Origin: Macrostomum lignano
Taxonomy: Eukaryota
Length of the DNA stretch: 64,000 nt
Direction of reading: 5' to 3'
NCBI GenBank assembly: GCA_002269645.1
Contig: NIVC01000445.1
Location: 62,001-126,000 of the forward strand
The notes beneath the pieces were generated by a model. That model ran no database searches and was not told the origin of the DNA. It saw only the letters and a program-made list of their open reading frames with translations. The position numbers and the translations under genes were made by a program. Of this stretch, positions 1 through 13,373 are shown in pieces (the stretch's first letter is position 1; every line of letters begins with the position of its first letter).

Positions 1-968
1 TAAAGAATTGTCTTCGAGCAGTTTTAGAATCGAACGGCTTCTCAAGTCTTAGTTTGAGCTTTCTGAAGCTTCTAGCTTGAGAATCGCTGAGCCGCTCTTC
101 GTGACTTTGGTAGAATTTTTCTCAGCGCAGAATCTCCACAGAGCGAGAGAGAGAAAAAGCCTCGTAGCGGATTTAAGAAAAACAATGACCAATTTTTTCG
201 AAGGGCCGGAGTCGAAGGGCGAGCGCGGTCTCCCCGGATACTGACTCTCTCAGTCAGCCATGTGCATAAGGCTGGGGAGGCAGCGGCCTAATTTCGATAA
301 GCCTACGGGCTGGCTGTGTTTGGAGTGAAAACAGCTCAAAAATCAGAGTTCGACACACTCAAAGGCAATATTGAGTCTTTGTTAATGGACTCCCTTACCT
401 CCCCACTGCGCCGCCACTCTTCTTATGGCTTCTCAGTCTTCTTTCGCAAAACTGGTCTTCCTGTCCGCTTATTCCACATCTTTTAGCCAGCTCGAGGCTT
501 CTTAAGGAATCTTTGTGTTGTGAGGAAGTTCATCATGAATTCTTTATGGATGAGGGATGGGGGGTATCTGACCCCATGGCAACTAAGAAATCTAAGGTGT
601 ATCGAAGTCGCAGAGCCACCTCAAACCTGTCTAGATCTCAAGACGCTGGTCCGCAAGAATTTTTTTGGCTTTTTTATTATCCCCCGAATCAAACTGCTCA
701 GCTGGTTGCCGAGGTCCTCTCGAGATATCCCCCCCCCAAGTCCTCAGTCCGCGTCTCTCCTGCATATTTTTCTTATATTTTTGGGATTATTTTTCTATCT
801 TGAATAAAAAGTAGGTTAACCACATTTTTTATAATTTGAGGTCGAGTGGCCCGACTTGAAATTGTGCACTGACTTTTTCGGGAATCTCTTCATTTGTGCA
901 CGTATTGAAGCGCGTTGCCATGGGATCCTTTGTTAGAATTGAGTCCGCATTGTTTATAGAGATGTCTA

Positions 969-1242
969 GTTTGGGATGCTTACAGTTTGGGATGTTCACA
1001 GTTTGGGATGTTCACAGTTTTGGATGTTCACAGTTTGGGATGTTCACAGTTTTGGATGTTCACAGTTTGGGATGTTCACAGTTTGGGATGTTCACAGTTT
1101 GGGATGTTCACAGTTTGGGATGTTCACAGTTTGTGATGTTCACAGTTTGTGATGTTCACAGTTTGGGATGCTTCCAGTTTGGGATGTTCAGTGTTTGTGA
1201 TTTCACAGTTTGGGATGTTCACAGTTTGGGTGTTACCAGTTT
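969..1242. repeat. 16-nt minisatellite (GTTTGGGATGTTCACA)n
   Basis: Direct reading, ~17 units. Confidence 0.95.
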
Positions 1243-1499
1243 CCAGACTCGATGCATGAACATTCGAGACAGAATTCCTAGTTGAGTTTCCTAAAACTGG
1301 CTACTAAGGAAATAATTCTACAATACATCTTGGTAACAAGGATCTGGTACTGCAGGAAGGTAACAAGCGATGAGAAGCCCACACGCAACAGGTTTAAGAA
1401 TTGTCGTGGACTCCCAAACAATTTTGATAATTAGTGTATCAAATATCTGCCTAGCAATATACAGAGGACAGCTTAAGAAACTTCTTATTTCTTCTTTAG

Positions 1500-2200
1500 G
1501 GAAGGAACTCAACTTATAATAGATACCTAGGTGGGAACAAGACAGTCTGAGTGCGCGAAGGCCTCATTGCTCATCACGGAATTCTATTCTAGCTATTTCT
1601 AATAATAAGTTTTAAACTGGAGTAGCCAAGGTGTGAGGCGAACACACAATGATAAAAAACACTGCGCTGCACGATGAAGCCATGCGATGGAAGTCAATCG
1701 GGGAAGAGAAGGGGTTGGGGGGTGGGGTTACCGGGTTCCGCTTGTTGAATTCAATTGTAGACAGGCTTCCCTTCCCCACCGAGGACTCATCATCCTTAAG
1801 GTTTTTATTGTTCCCCTGTCTTTAGTCGCCAACCGGCCTTGTAAAAAAATTCTCAAGAAAAATGAATAAAAATCACACGAGAGGGGGTACAGGTGTCAGT
1901 CAGTCTTGCTTTGCTTCTTTCAAAGGCGAAACTGCGGTTGGTTGCCACCCGGGGTTCCGGGTAATAAATTCTTGCTATTGTCACCTTTATAATCTGGTTG
2001 GTTTTGATTGTGTGAAAAATTTTTATTATATGATTTGAGATATGATTTGTGTGACCAATTGGACCAAAGATTGCTTACATCGGATCAGATCCGCCAATTT
2101 TGGTTGGGGAAATTCGAAACCCGAGAGATGTCCCACTGGCACCAGCTTGTCTCAGTGCGTGTAACACAATCTACTCAACTATTGGGGGAGGGGAGAATGA
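1500..2200 (-). mobile_element. Possible highly decayed non-LTR retrotransposon (I/Jockey-like) RT C-terminal fragment
   Basis: Short minus-strand peptides GFRISPTK (~2122-2098) and TLRMMSPRWGREACLQL (1802-1752) resemble post-YADD motifs, in the right order; many stops and frameshifts. Confidence 0.25.
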
Positions 2201-3054
2201 TGGAATCCCATGATATTATCGAGATAAAAATATGAATCTGGTCAACCAAAATTAGCCTTTTTGATGGCAATCGAAAGGTGCAATCGTGGCATGGCAACTT
2301 TACCTTACATACCAATGTGGAGAGACAGGGCTTCAGGGCTATGTTGAATGAACTCTGCTCAAACAGTCTTTGTCCGAGTAGTCTTGGTGTGAGCGCTGAT
2401 TTTTATCAGCTATACGGAAATCTGGGGATGAGGGAGAGCTCATGGAGATGGTCAGACTGGCACCTGCCTTGACCAGAGCAACCCATCCGAACATAATCGC
2501 ATGGACGAGTCTCGAATCAATCAGAAAGTCAATGAATGAGCAACCGTTCGTGTTTGAAAGTTAAAGTTTTAAACTGTCTTTTCCTTAATGTTTCGAAAAT
2601 TTTCTATTTAGGCTACAGAAGTCAAACTCTTTATTTAATTGATTATTATTTATTTTTTAACAACTGTACACAGCAGCAACCTACAATGACAGAGCAATAT
2701 TGACGTCGTTAATTTTAAGAGCGGATGCCGGAGACCCCGCAGCCCGCATGCCCATGCAGTCGATGTTGATGAAGGCGTGATGCAGATCGAGAAGACGTCC
2801 AGCGTCCATTCGCTTCATCCGGCCCGCTGCGAGATGCTCGGTGATTACCTCTCCACTTTCAATTAGCTCAGTAAGTGGGCGAGCCCCCCCCCCCTCCGGT
2901 TCAGCCGCCCCCAGTCCTGTAGCTGTAAACCGGCGCTCCCGTTTCATTTCCTGTTTTTCTCCTCTTGTGTAATCACCTCTCCTCTTTCTCCTAGAAATGT
3001 CCAAAAATGTTTTTGTCAGGGGGGGGGGGGCAAGAGTCTTTTAAACGAGCGAGA

Positions 3055-3600
3055 GTTTAGCGCCGCTTTAAGCTAGATTTTAGCGCCAATTTAGGCTAGA
3101 TATTAGCGCCACTTTAAGCTAGATTTTAGCGCCAATTTAGGCTAGATATTAGCGCCACTTAAAGCTAGGTTGTAGCGCCAATTTAGGCTAGATATTAGCG
3201 CCACTTTAAGCTAGGTTGTAGCGCCAATTTAGGCTAGATATTAGCGCCACTTTAAGCTTGGTTGTAGCGCCAATTTAGGCTAGATTTTAGCGCCACTTTA
3301 AGCTTGGTTGTAGCGCCAATTTAGGCTAGATTTTAGCGCCACTTTAAGCTAGGTTGTAGCGCCAATTTAGGCTAGATTTTAGCGCCACTTTAAGCTAGGT
3401 TGTGGCGCCAATTTAGACTAGATTTTAGCGCCACTTTAAGCTAGGTTGTAGTGCCAATTTAGGCTAGATATTAGCGCCACTTTAAGCTAGGTTGTAGCGC
3501 CAATTTAGGCTAGATATTAGCGCCACTTTAAGCTAGGTTTTAGCGCCAATTTAGGCTGGATATTAGCGCCACTGTAGACTAGATTTTAGCGCCACTATAG
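3055..3600. repeat. 46-nt higher-order repeat of two alternating 23-nt monomers
   Basis: TAGCGCCACTTTAAGCTAGGTTG alternates with TAGCGCCAATTTAGGCTAGATAT. Confidence 0.95.
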
Positions 3601-5057
3601 CAGGCTATAGATTTTATAGAATTATTTTATTACTAATTACTAATTATTTTATTAAGCTCCACAGCTAAAATTAAAAAGTTGATGCTATCCTGGACACCTG
3701 TTGCTTCACTTATCCACTATATTCTCGACTCTACTCTATTTAAAGCCTTAGGTTGCAGCATGCGCCATATATTAGATGCTGGAGGCAGTCTCTCAATTGT
3801 GAAGAATCTCAATGAGGAGGTCACCTGCAGTTCTCTCGCCCTTCAACCCCCCCCCCTGACTCGTGTCCGCCACTGTCCGGACTGGGGGGGGGCAGTGATT
3901 GATGAAGTTGAAGAGACTGACCGCTATATACCCTTATATTGCATGCCTGGCTCGTGTCTTGGCGGTCATCACCTTGATTTTGACCGGCTGCCCATCCAGG
4001 ATACTGGCACTGCCTGCACGCGCCATTAGATGAAGTCTTTGTCTGTTAATCTCAATTCGAGTATAGATTGAGAAAATTGCTTCTATCGAATCCAACAGGA
4101 TAGACAAGATTTGAGATATTATTATTTTGATTGCGAAGGCTCTCATGCAGCAGCTCTATAAGCTCTGCTCGGAAGGAAATAACCTGTTGGAGTGCAGCAA
4201 ATCTTTTTACTCATTACAACAATTTTACGCGGGTAGCAACGGACAATCAAAGAAAAAACGCGCGCACATTGAGGTCGAGACGATTTCTTAACAAACATTT
4301 TCGTTCGTAGCAATCTAACATTTGGGTTTCAATTTTGACCAAAAAAAATCAATTAAATTGCCAAAAATTTTAGTCTCCGAGAGGATTTGGAAGAAGGACA
4401 ACAGAGAGGCAGGGAGATACTTGATTGAAACATAGAAAAATTTCTTTGACTAAAGAAAGAAGGAAGATAATGAAATGCAAAAGAAGAAGATTCCTGCGTG
4501 CCGGTCTCAAAGGAAATTGTGGAGGGAGTGGGTCGGCGGGTGAGAATTGTCTTCTGTGTGACAGGCAATCTTGAGGAATTGAATAAATCGTGGCGGGAGG
4601 TGGCTGGATGAGGCGGGTGGCAACGGAGGGGGGCAAGGATGAGGCTGGTGGCACACTGAAGACAATTTTTGACAATTGACTGTTTAGGCTTATATAGAAA
4701 AGCAATATTTAATTGGTGTCTTACCAGTTTTATAACCTTGGCCTGTTTCTAGTCTGTTTCTTAGAAATTAAATATATTCTTCCCCAGTGACTGCATAAGT
4801 TACTAGAGGAATACTTTTTTTGACCCCCCAGTTGTTAAGGCGGTCGGTTTTGAGAAATGAACCTTGAGAAGTAAGAACGTGAATATTAAATACTTTAACT
4901 ATATAGATCACAAATATGCAAGTTTATCAATGTCTGCATTAATTTGACTTGTTTCAGATTTGCTACCTCGATTGTGCAATGATTAATTATATAATCAAGA
5001 AATTTAAGATTCAGCTAACTTAAGACCCTCTTAGCTTCATGACTGATTAGCTGAGAG

Positions 5058-7007
5058 GAATCTGAACTGTCTGTTGGGGAATCTGAACTGTCTGTGGGGA
5101 ATCGGAACTGTCTGTGGGGAATCTGAACTGTCTGTGGGGAATTGGAACTGTCTGTTGGGGAATCTGAACTGTCTGTGGGGAATCTGAACTGTCTGTGGGG
5201 AATCTGAACTGTCTGTGGGGAATCGGAACTGTCTGTGGGGAATCTGAACTGTCTGTGGGGAATTGGAACTGTCTGTTGGGGAATCTGAACTGTCTGTGGG
5301 GAATCTGAACTGTCTGTGGGGAATCGGAACTGTCTGTTGGGGAATCTGAATTGTCTGTGGGGAATCAGAACTGTCTGAGGGGGAATCAGAACTGTCTGTG
5401 GGGAATCGGAACTGTCTGTAGGGAATCGGAACTGTCTGTGAGGAATCGAAACTGTCTGTGGGGAATCTGAACTGTCTGTGGGGAATCGGAACTGTCTGTT
5501 GGGGAATCTGAATTGTCTGTGGGGAATCAGAACTGTCTGTGGGGAATCAGAACTGTCTGTGGGGAATCGGAACTGTCTGTAGGGAATCGGAACTGTCTGT
5601 GAGGAATCGAAACTGTCTGTGGGGAATCTGAACTGTCTGTGGGGAATCGGAACTGTCTGTTGGGGAATCTGAATTGTCTGTGGGGAATCAGAACTGTCTG
5701 TGGGGAATCAGAACTGTCTGTGGGGAATCAGAACTGTCTGTGGGGAATCGGAACTGTCTGTTGGGGAATCTGAATTGTCTGTGGGGAATCAGAACTGTCT
5801 GTGGGGAATCGGAACTGTCTGTGGGGAATCGGAACTGTCTGTAGGGAATCGGAACTGTCTGTGAGGAATCGAAACTGTCTGTGGGGAATCTGAACTGTCT
5901 GTGGGGAATCGGAACTGTCTGTGGGGAATCAGAACTGTCTGTGGGGAATCAGAACTGTCTGTGGGGAATCTGAACTGTCTGTGGGGAATCGGAACTGTCT
6001 GTTGGGGAATCTGAATTGTCTGTGGGGAATCTGAACTGTCTGTGAGGAAGCTGAACTGTCTGTGAGAAATCTGAACTGTCTGTGAGGAATCGGAACTGTC
6101 TGTGAGGAATCTGAACTGTCTGTGGGGAATCGGAACTGTCTGTTGGGGAAGCTGAACTGTCTGTTGGGGAAGCTGAACTGTCTGTGGGGAATCTGAACTG
6201 TCTGTGGGGAATCTGAACTGTCTGTGGGGAATCTGAACTGTCTGTGAGGAAGCTGAACTGTCTGTGAGAAATCTGAACTGTCTGTGAGGAATCGGAACTG
6301 TCTGTGAGGAATCTGAACTGTCTGTGGGGAATCGGAACTGTCTGTGGGGAAGCTGAACTGTCTGTTGGGGAAGCTGAACTGTCTGTGGGGAATCTGAACT
6401 GTCTGTGGGGAATCTGAACTGTCTGTGGGGAAGCTGAACTGTCTGTGGGGAATCGGAACTGTCTGTTGGGGAAGCTGAACTGTCTGTGGGGAATCTGAAC
6501 TATCTGTGGGGAAGCTGAACTGTCTGTGAGGAATCGGAACTGTCTGTGAGGAATCTGAACTGTCTGTGGGGAATCTGAACTGTCTGTGGGGAAGCTGAAC
6601 TGTCTGTTGGGGAATCTGAACTGTCTGTGAGGAATCTGAACTGTCTGTGAGGAATCTGAACTGTCTGTGGGGAATCGGAACTGTCTGTAGGGAATCGGAA
6701 CTGTCTGTGGGGAATCGGAACTGTCTGTAGGGAATCTGAACTGTCTGTGGGGAATCGGAACTATCTGTGGGGAATCTGAACTGTCTGTGGGGAAGCTGAA
6801 CTGTCTGTGAGGAATCTGAACTGTCTGTGAGGAATCGGAACTGTCTGTGGGGAATCTGAACTGTCTGTGGGGAATCGGAACTGTCTGTGGGGAATCTGAA
6901 CTGTCTGTGGGGAAGCTGAACTGTCTGTGAGGAATCTGAACTGTCTGTGAGGAATCGGAACTGTCTGTTGGGGAGTCTGAACTGTCTGTGGGGAATCTGA
7001 ACTGTCT
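5058..7007. repeat. 20-nt minisatellite (GAACTGTCTGTGGGGAATCT)n
   Basis: Direct reading, close to 100 units with variants. Confidence 0.97.
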
Positions 7008-7682
7008 CTCTATGGGTTTACACTAAGCTTAAAGCATAGAAGAAAGGGAAAAGACATTACAATACATTCAAGAACTGCTGCACTGTCCATGTATGATGCT
7101 CCTTGCTCAACCTGCGGCTATGCTGATCACAATTAATGCCCATTCAATGCTCGCATCAGATGCCTATCAGACAGATAGAATCAAATTTGAACTCAAATCG
7201 AAATCGTAAAAGTGAAAAAAATGGCTGACAAAATTGCCGGCTGTCGATCACAACTTTCCATTTGTTTCGTTGCAACCTGCATGAGAAGCATTGATTAATG
7301 CGCCTATTATGTATGTCTGAAACTGCATGAGCGCTGAATTACAGATGTTGCATTAGTGACACTGATTAGTGATGAGGCAATGGGTTAGATGTCACAGAGC
7401 TGACCTGCATGCGACACTGTGCAAGGCTTAGCAATATTGTCTGTCCAATGGGGCCCGTATATGAGCTGAGTGACGCAACAAATTATAATTGTTGGAGCAA
7501 AATTTTACTCAAAAATGGTGTGGGCCCTGGTGGGGAGCACGTTCGCGCAATGCTTGAAAATCAAATCGATATTAAAAATATTGCTATTGCTCTCGTAGGC
7601 GCGTGCTTGAGCAGCACATGAGCTTTTGAACTGCAGTGGTTTCGACATCGACCGACCTATCTTAGCTTACCAACTTCTGTAA

Positions 7683-8145
7683 TGAATCTACCTGCCTGTC
7701 TACCTACCTGTCTACCTACCTGTCTATCTACCTGTCTATCTACATGTCTACTTGCCTGTCTAATTACCTGTCTACTTACCTGTCTATCTACCTGTCTACT
7801 TACCTGTCCATCTACCTGTCTACTTACCTGTCTATCTACCTGTCTATCTACCTGTCTATCTACCTGTCTACCTACCTGTCTACTTACCTGTCTACTTACC
7901 TGTATACATACTTGTATACTTACCTGTCTATCTACCTGTCTACCTGCCTGTCTATCTACCTGTCTACCTGCCTGTCTACCTTGTCTACCTGGTACCTAGC
8001 TGTCTACCTACCTGTCTACCTTGTCTACCAACCTGTCTGCATTCCTATCTACCTACCTGTTGATTTACATATCTATCGAATTATCTACCTTACTATCTAC
8101 CTACCTGTCTATCTACCTGTCTATCTACCTGTCTATCTACCTGTC
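7683..8145. repeat. Compound tetranucleotide microsatellite (CTAC/CTGT/CTAT)
   Basis: Direct reading; explains ORFs 7682 and 7744. Confidence 0.95.
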
Positions 8146-9017
8146 CAACTCCCCCCTAAACCCTCTCCAGTACATGTAAAATTTTACTTCCCTTTTCTCG
8201 TCAGAATTCCTCAAACTCTGGCATATAAAATTCAAGTGCAGCCGTTCCTATGCGAGATTGCTCACCGCAGCCTCTCAGTCTCCCAATTCCAGGTGTAAAA
8301 CTGAATCAAAGTTCCTCCCCCGCAGCTTTTATTACCGATCGTCAAAGAAGATTTTCTTCTTTTAAATAGCAGAAAAGCTACTCCGGAAACGCCTGGGAAC
8401 GTTTTACTCATTCAAACAAACCCGCAAAAAAACAAAAATTGCTCTGCAGGCTTGTAAAATACTTCGATGCCGAGTTTCTTCTCACTTCAAATGAGTCGCT
8501 GAAATTTTTTGCTTTTTTTAAGCCACGCAAAGCCGCCACGTGGCAAATTAAAATTGCTTTTATGATCCTAGAGGCATTGCCGCTTAACAACACAACAATA
8601 AAATGTATGTAATGTCCCTCATCTTGAGAAGTCTCACCGGGTGGACCTCATGGCAGTCAATGTGTGTTTACAGTTCGACTTTTCCCCTGTCGCGTGCCTG
8701 CGGGTGGGCACGGGGATCTGCGCCATATTTTTTCTCTGTCCGTGAGGTTTCAAATTTCATTGCTGCTGCAGGCATCGGCTGAAATTGACTTTTGCCTGAC
8801 ATTTTTTCCACGTGCCTCACTCCTCTAAAAGACGTTATGCTTTTTCTGAATGGGTTCTGAACCAACCAGCATGCAGTTTAAATGGAAATTAATATATCTT
8901 TTTATGACGGTAAGTTTTTTCGTAGAATTGATTGTTGAGTTTGATTGACTTTATTAATGAGCTTAAATTGTTGCTCTGTGATATTAGAGACATTTTGCAT
9001 GCAGTTTCTCTGTCTGA

Positions 9018-10540
9018 CCTCTCTGATGAGACTCATAACTCTCTCTCTGATGAGACTCATAACTCTCTCTGATGAGACTCATAACTCTCTCTGATGAGAC
9101 TCATAACTCTCTCTGATGAGACTCATAACTCTCTCTGATGAGACTCATAACTCTCTCTCTGATGAGACTCATAACTCTCTCTCTGATGAGACTCATAACT
9201 CTCTCTGATGAGACTCATAACTCTCTCTGATGAGACTCATAACTCTCTCTGATGAGACTCATAACTCTCTCTCTGATGAGACTCATAACTCTCTCTCTGA
9301 TGAGACTCATAACTCTCTCTGATGAGACTCATAACTCTCTCTGATGAGACTCATTACTCTCTCTGATGAGACTCATAACTCTCTCTGATGAGACTCATAA
9401 CTCTCTCTGGTGAGACTCATAACTCTCTCTGATGAGACTCATAACTCTCTCTGATGAGACTCATAACTCTCTCTGATGAGACTCATAACTCTCTCTGATG
9501 AGACTCATAACTCTCTCTGGTGAGACTCATAACTCTCTCTGATGAGACTCATAACTCTCTCTGATGAGACTCATAACTCTCTCTGGTGAGACTCATAACT
9601 CTCTCTGGTGAGACTCATAACTCTCTCTGATGAGACTCATAACTCTCTCTCTGATGAGACTCATAACTCTCTCTCTGATGAGACTCATAACTCTCTCTGA
9701 TGAGACTCATAACTCTCTCTGATGAGACTCATAACTCTCTCTGGTAAGACTCATAACTCTCTCTGGTGAGACTCATAACTCTCTCTGGTGAGACTCATAA
9801 CTCTCTCTGGTGAGACTCATAACTCTCTCTGATGAGACTCATAACTCTCTCTGATGAGACTCATAACTCTCTCTGATGAGACTCATAACTCTCTCTGATG
9901 AGACTCATAACTCTCTCTGATGAGACTCATAACTCTCTCTGATGAGACTCATAACTCTCTCTGATGAGACTCATAACTCTCTCTGATGAGACTCATAACT
10001 CTCTCTGATGAGACTCATAACTCTCTCTCTGATGAGACTCATAACTCTCTCTGATGAGACTCATAACTCTCTCTGATGAGACTCATAACTCTCTCTGGTA
10101 AGACTCATAACTCTCTCTGGTGAGACTCATAACTCTCTCTGGTGAGACTCATAACTCTCTCTGGTGAGACTCATAACTCTCTCTGATGAGACTCATAACT
10201 CTCTCTGATGAGACTCATAACTCTCTCTGATGAGACTCATAACTCTCTCTGGTGAGACTCATAACTCTCTCTGGTGAGACTCATAACTCTCTCTGGTGAG
10301 ACTCATAACTCTCTCTGATGAGACTCATAACTCTCTCTGATGAGACTCATAACTCTCTCTGATGAGACTCATAACTCTCTCTGATGAGACTCATAACTCT
10401 CTCTGATGAGACTCATAACTCTCTCTGATGAGACTCATAACTCTCTCTGATGAGACTCATAACTCTCTCTGATGAGACTCATAACTCTCTCTGATGAGAC
10501 TCATAACTCTCTCTCTCTGATGAGACTCATAGCTCTCTCA
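9018..10540. repeat. 22-24 nt minisatellite (GATGAGACTCATAACTCTCTCT)n with palindromic core ATGAG-A-CTCAT
   Basis: Direct reading, ~68 units. Confidence 0.97.
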
Positions 10541-10554
10541 TAAAAGTGGAATTG

Positions 10555-10905
10555 GATGTGTCTCTCTGAGGGGAATTCGAACTGTCTCTCTTAGAGGAAT
10601 TGGAAGAGTCTCTCTGAGGGGAATTGGAACTGTCTCTCTTAGAGGAATTGGAAGAGTCTCTCTGAGGGGAATTGGAACTGTCTCTCTGAGCCCTGAGAGG
10701 AATTGGAAGAGTCTCTCTGAGGGGAATTGGAACTGTCTCTCTTAGAGGAATTGGAAGAGTCTCTCTGAGGGGAATTGGAACTGTCTCTCTGAGCCCTGAG
10801 AGGAATTGGAAGAGTCTCTCTGAGGGGAATTGGAAGAGTCTCTCTGAGGGGAATTGGAACTGTCTCTCTGAGCCCTGAGAGGAATTGGAAGTGTCTCTCT
10901 GAGGT
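10555..10905. repeat. Composite minisatellite built on GGGGAATTGGAACTGTCTCTCT
   Basis: Direct reading; shares sub-words with the 5058 array. Confidence 0.9.
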
Positions 10906-11750
10906 GGAAGTTTACAGCCAAAGATTTCACTTAGAGGCTCTGAGTCGGAAAGGGAAAAATACTCAAATCCCATGACTACAATCTGATATTGTTGTTCACA
11001 AATGGGATTGCGGTTCACGATTCGATGCATAGGATTGAAATCGAAGCTGGCCACGCGGAATCTCAAATGCCGGGCAAAGGAACTGGTCCGTAGCTGGGGT
11101 ATCTGGGGATGCACAGTGGGATAAACAAAGGCGCGTGCTCATCCTGTTCGCAAGCTGGGCCACCATACGAGCTTGCAGGTTTTCTATAATTAAGATTATT
11201 GAGTTGAGAAAGGGGAGAAATAGTCAATCAGCGGGTCAGTGTGATGCAGGGATATGTTTGCTCAACGGGAATGGATGGGAATATTCGATGTAAAAATGCG
11301 GTCTATTGCTCGTAGCAGATTCCTAATCCCATTAGATTAGATCCCACTAGAGCGGGAATAAAGGGCCGAGAATCTCGGAGTTAAATTGCCTGTCAAAATT
11401 GCGACGAATGTCTTTGAAAGCGGGCTTTGAGCATCTCTTCTTCATCTTGTTAAATTCCTCAAAGGAAATTTCTGGGTAGCAACACCGCACCGCTATAGGA
11501 AATCTGTGCGATAGGAGCTTGGGAAATTGGTATGGGATAGAAGTGAAGAGATTTTTAAAACAAGATCCCATTTTATTCGCAGTACAAATGAATGACACGC
11601 AAAGTCCTTGCATAGTGATTCGAAGTAATCAGCTTTTGAGTGGCACGTGGAGAATGAAGGCCTGTGCATGGTCTGGAGACCCGAAAACTGTTGCCAAAAC
11701 TTCACTTCCGTTTCTTAGAGTTCTGGGAGGCCGCGTTATGTAAGTCTATA
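10905..11750 (-). mobile_element. Decayed Penelope-like retroelement reverse-transcriptase fragment
   Basis: Minus-strand motifs in the order expected for PLE RT but in shifted frames with stops: NLFTSIP (11553-11533), YRKP (11188-11177), IPRGQLR (11061-11041). Confidence 0.45.
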
Positions 11751-12156
11751 GTCTTTGCAGCAGACATTGCGAGGGCTGTGTACCGCGTAATTATAGGCAT
11801 TTAGGAATATCAGGGGGCATCGGACCCACGCGCTGCACCAACCTGCAGACTTGTGGGGAAACTGCAGTTTCCGTTTATAAGGGAAGGGTCAAGAAGTCCC
11901 CGACGCTGAGGGCGTGACGATGAACCATTTATGAGAGTTTGTTGCACAAGTTCCGATTCCATGCCTTTGTAACAATTGCGATTCCCTATGCTAAAGTTTA
12001 CTGTATCCTGTCTTGTCCTTTCTGTCCTGCTTACTATCTGAATATTACCTGTCTGCGGGAGTGCTATTGTAAAGATATCCTAACGACAGAGTTGCTTAAG
12101 GAGGCGGTTTCGGAAGTCACGGAGCTTAGCCCTTAGGTAGCCAGGGAACACTCGAA

Positions 12157-13373
12157 GATTGTAGCTTCATGGAGATTCTGATTGTAGCTTCATGGAGATT
12201 CTGATTGTAGCTTCAGGGGGATTCTAATTGTAGCTTCAGGGAGATTCTGATTGTAGCTTCAGGGAGATTCTAATTGCAGCTTCAGGGAGATTCTAATTGT
12301 AGCTTCAGGGAGATTCTGATTGTAGCTTCAGGGAGATTCTGATTGTAGCTTCAGGGAGATTCTAATTGTAGCTTCAGGGAGATTCTAATTGTAGCTTCAG
12401 GGAGATTCTGATTGTAGCTTCAGGGAGATTCTGATTGTAACTTCAGGGAGATTCTAATAGTAACTTCAGGGAGATTCTGATTGTAGCTTCAGGGAGATTC
12501 TAATTGTAGCTTCAGGGAGATTCTAATTGTAGCTTCAGGGAGATTCTAATTGTAGCTTCAGGGAGATTCTAATTGTAGCTTCAGGGAGATTCTGATTGTA
12601 GCTTCAGGGAGATTCTAATTGTAGCTTCAGGGGGATTCTAATTGTAGCTTCAGGGAGATTCTAATTGTAGCTTCAGGGGGATTCTAATAGTAGCTTCAGG
12701 GGGATTCTAATAGTAGCTTCAGGGAGATTCTAATTGTAGCTTCAGGGAGATTCTAATTGTAGCTTCAGGGAGATTCTAATTGTAGCTTCAGGGGGATTCT
12801 AATAGTAGCTTCAGGGGGATTCTAATTGTAGCTTCAGGGGGATTCTAATTGTAGCTTCAGGGGGATTCTAATTGTAGCTTCAGGGAGATTCTAATTGTAG
12901 CTTCAGGGAGATTCTAATTGTAGCTTCAGGGGGATTCTAATAGTAGCTTCAGGGAGATTCTAATTGTAGCTTCAGGGAGATTCTGATTGTAGCTTCAGGG
13001 GGATTCTAATAGTAGCTTCAGGGAGATTCTAATTGTAGCTTCAGGGAGATTCTAATTGTAGCTTCAGGGAGATTCTAATTGTAGCTTCAGGGAGCTTCTG
13101 ATTGTAGCTTCAGGGAGATTCTGATTGTAGCTTCACGGAGATTCTGATTGCAGCTTCATGGAGATTCTGATTGTAGCTTCACGGAGATTCTGATTGCAGC
13201 TTCATGGAGATTCTGATTGTAGCTTCAGGGAGATTCTGATTGCAGCTTCAGGGAGATTCTGATTGTAGCTTCAGGGAGATTCTGATTGTAGCTTCAGGGA
13301 GATTCTGATTGTAGCTTCAGGGAGATTCTAATTGTAGCTTCAGGGAGATTCTGATTGTAGCTTCAGGGAGATT
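12157..13373. repeat. 23-nt minisatellite (GATTCTAATTGTAGCTTCAGGGA)n
   Basis: Direct reading, ~53 units. Confidence 0.97.
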
